From positions 1-33,545 of IMG/VR virus record IMGVR_UViG_3300032327_000321: 33,545 nucleotides of DNA; one strand, given 5' to 3'. The stretch comes from a virus. Its lineage: Duplodnaviria; Caudoviricetes. The translations under genes were made by a program, and so were the position numbers. Below, in pieces: positions 33,143 to 33,545 of the stretch. Numbering within the stretch: position 1 is the first letter of the stretch; every line of letters starts with the position of its first letter. The notes beneath the pieces were generated by a model. It had not been told where the DNA came from. It saw nothing but the letters and a program-made list of their open reading frames with translations, and ran no database searches.

Positions 33143-33151
33143 GCAATATTA
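33143..33151 (-). promoter_or_regulatory. -7-like box TAATATTGC for the replication operon
   Basis: One mismatch to TAnnTTTG; directly upstream of the structured leader. Confidence 0.5.
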
Positions 33152-33159
33152 CAATATTT

Positions 33160-33545
33160 TTATAATTTTTTAATAAAAGAAAAGATATGCTCAATAACTG
33201 GTAAAGTCCAACCATCACCTAATAAACTACCAGCTTTTGATTTTGATAATATTGAAGTATAACCATCAGGGAAGCCTTGCAAACGTTCCATCTCTATATG
33301 GTTAACTGTTCTTACTATTCCATCATTATAAATAAATGTAATCATTCCAGTAGTTTCATTTCTGTGTTTTAAATAACGTTGAGTTCCACTTGTACCACTA
33401 CCAGTATTTAAACAAGTATGTTTATCTTTATCAACGTAAACTAAATTAGGTGTTTGTTGACCATTTGCAATTCTTTTTTTTAAATAAATATCTTGTTTAA
33501 TTTCATCTTTAATAAACATTTTATAATCGCCTTGAAGTAAACAAT
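33160..33545 (-). CDS. C5 DNA cytosine methyltransferase, C-terminal part (same gene as 1-795)
   Basis: Motif IX EMERLQGFPDGY and motif X LLGDGWTLPVI; in frame across the junction (795+285=1080 nt). Confidence 0.93.
   Translation of the reverse strand, partial: CLLQGDYKMFIKDEIKQDIYLKKRIANGQQTPNLVYVDKDKHTCLNTGSGTSGTQRYLKHRNETTGMITFIYNDGIVRTVNHIEMERLQGFPDGYTSILSKSKAGSLLGDGWTLPVIEHIFSFIKKL
33445..33545 (+). repeat. Terminal direct repeat, copy 2
   Basis: Identical to 1-101. Confidence 0.97.

Noticed and set aside
33160-33519. 119-aa ORF as a separate gene or MTase pseudogene
   Set aside because: It is the in-frame C-terminus of the gene that starts at 795 across the junction.
33445-33545. 101-nt terminal repeat as a biological direct terminal repeat or att site
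   Set aside because: It falls in the middle of the MTase gene and its length fits an assembly overlap. The PBSX/SPP1-like terminase suggests headful packaging of a permuted genome.

Overview
The window is an apparently complete, circularly assembled ~33.4 kb, AT-rich tailed phage genome (siphovirus-like, no tail sheath gene recognised). Positions 1-101 are repeated exactly at 33445-33545, and a C5 cytosine methyltransferase gene runs across that junction. The host is most likely in Bacteroidota, from TAnnTTTG promoter boxes, A-rich starts with no Shine-Dalgarno sequence, and a DUF4373-like initiator. Divergent early promoters at ~5900-5970 drive two units. The short rightward unit has a small HTH protein, ERF and an SSB-like protein. 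The long leftward unit has a helicase-methyltransferase fusion, small ORFs, NUMOD1, VRR-NUC, the C5-MTase, initiator, primase-helicase and a sigma-like factor, followed by packaging, tail, head and lysis genes. I saw no integrase, CI repressor, tRNA, CRISPR array or reverse transcriptase. The most unusual signals are non-coding: (1) two hairpins with perfectly complementary 7-nt loops in the initiator leader; (2) two paralogous small-RNA-like elements with an anti-start-codon seed, one with its own promoter and terminator antisense to the late operon; (3) an iteron-plus-(AAAG)8 origin-like block separated from a truncated initiator; (4) two identical bipartite late-promoter motifs. Unusual proteins are a tail fibre with a signal peptide, a prohead protease with an inserted HAD domain, a portal-wHTH-MuF-like fusion, and an MTase with three repeated TRD-like units. 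All protein calls come from motif recognition by eye; no database searches were run.
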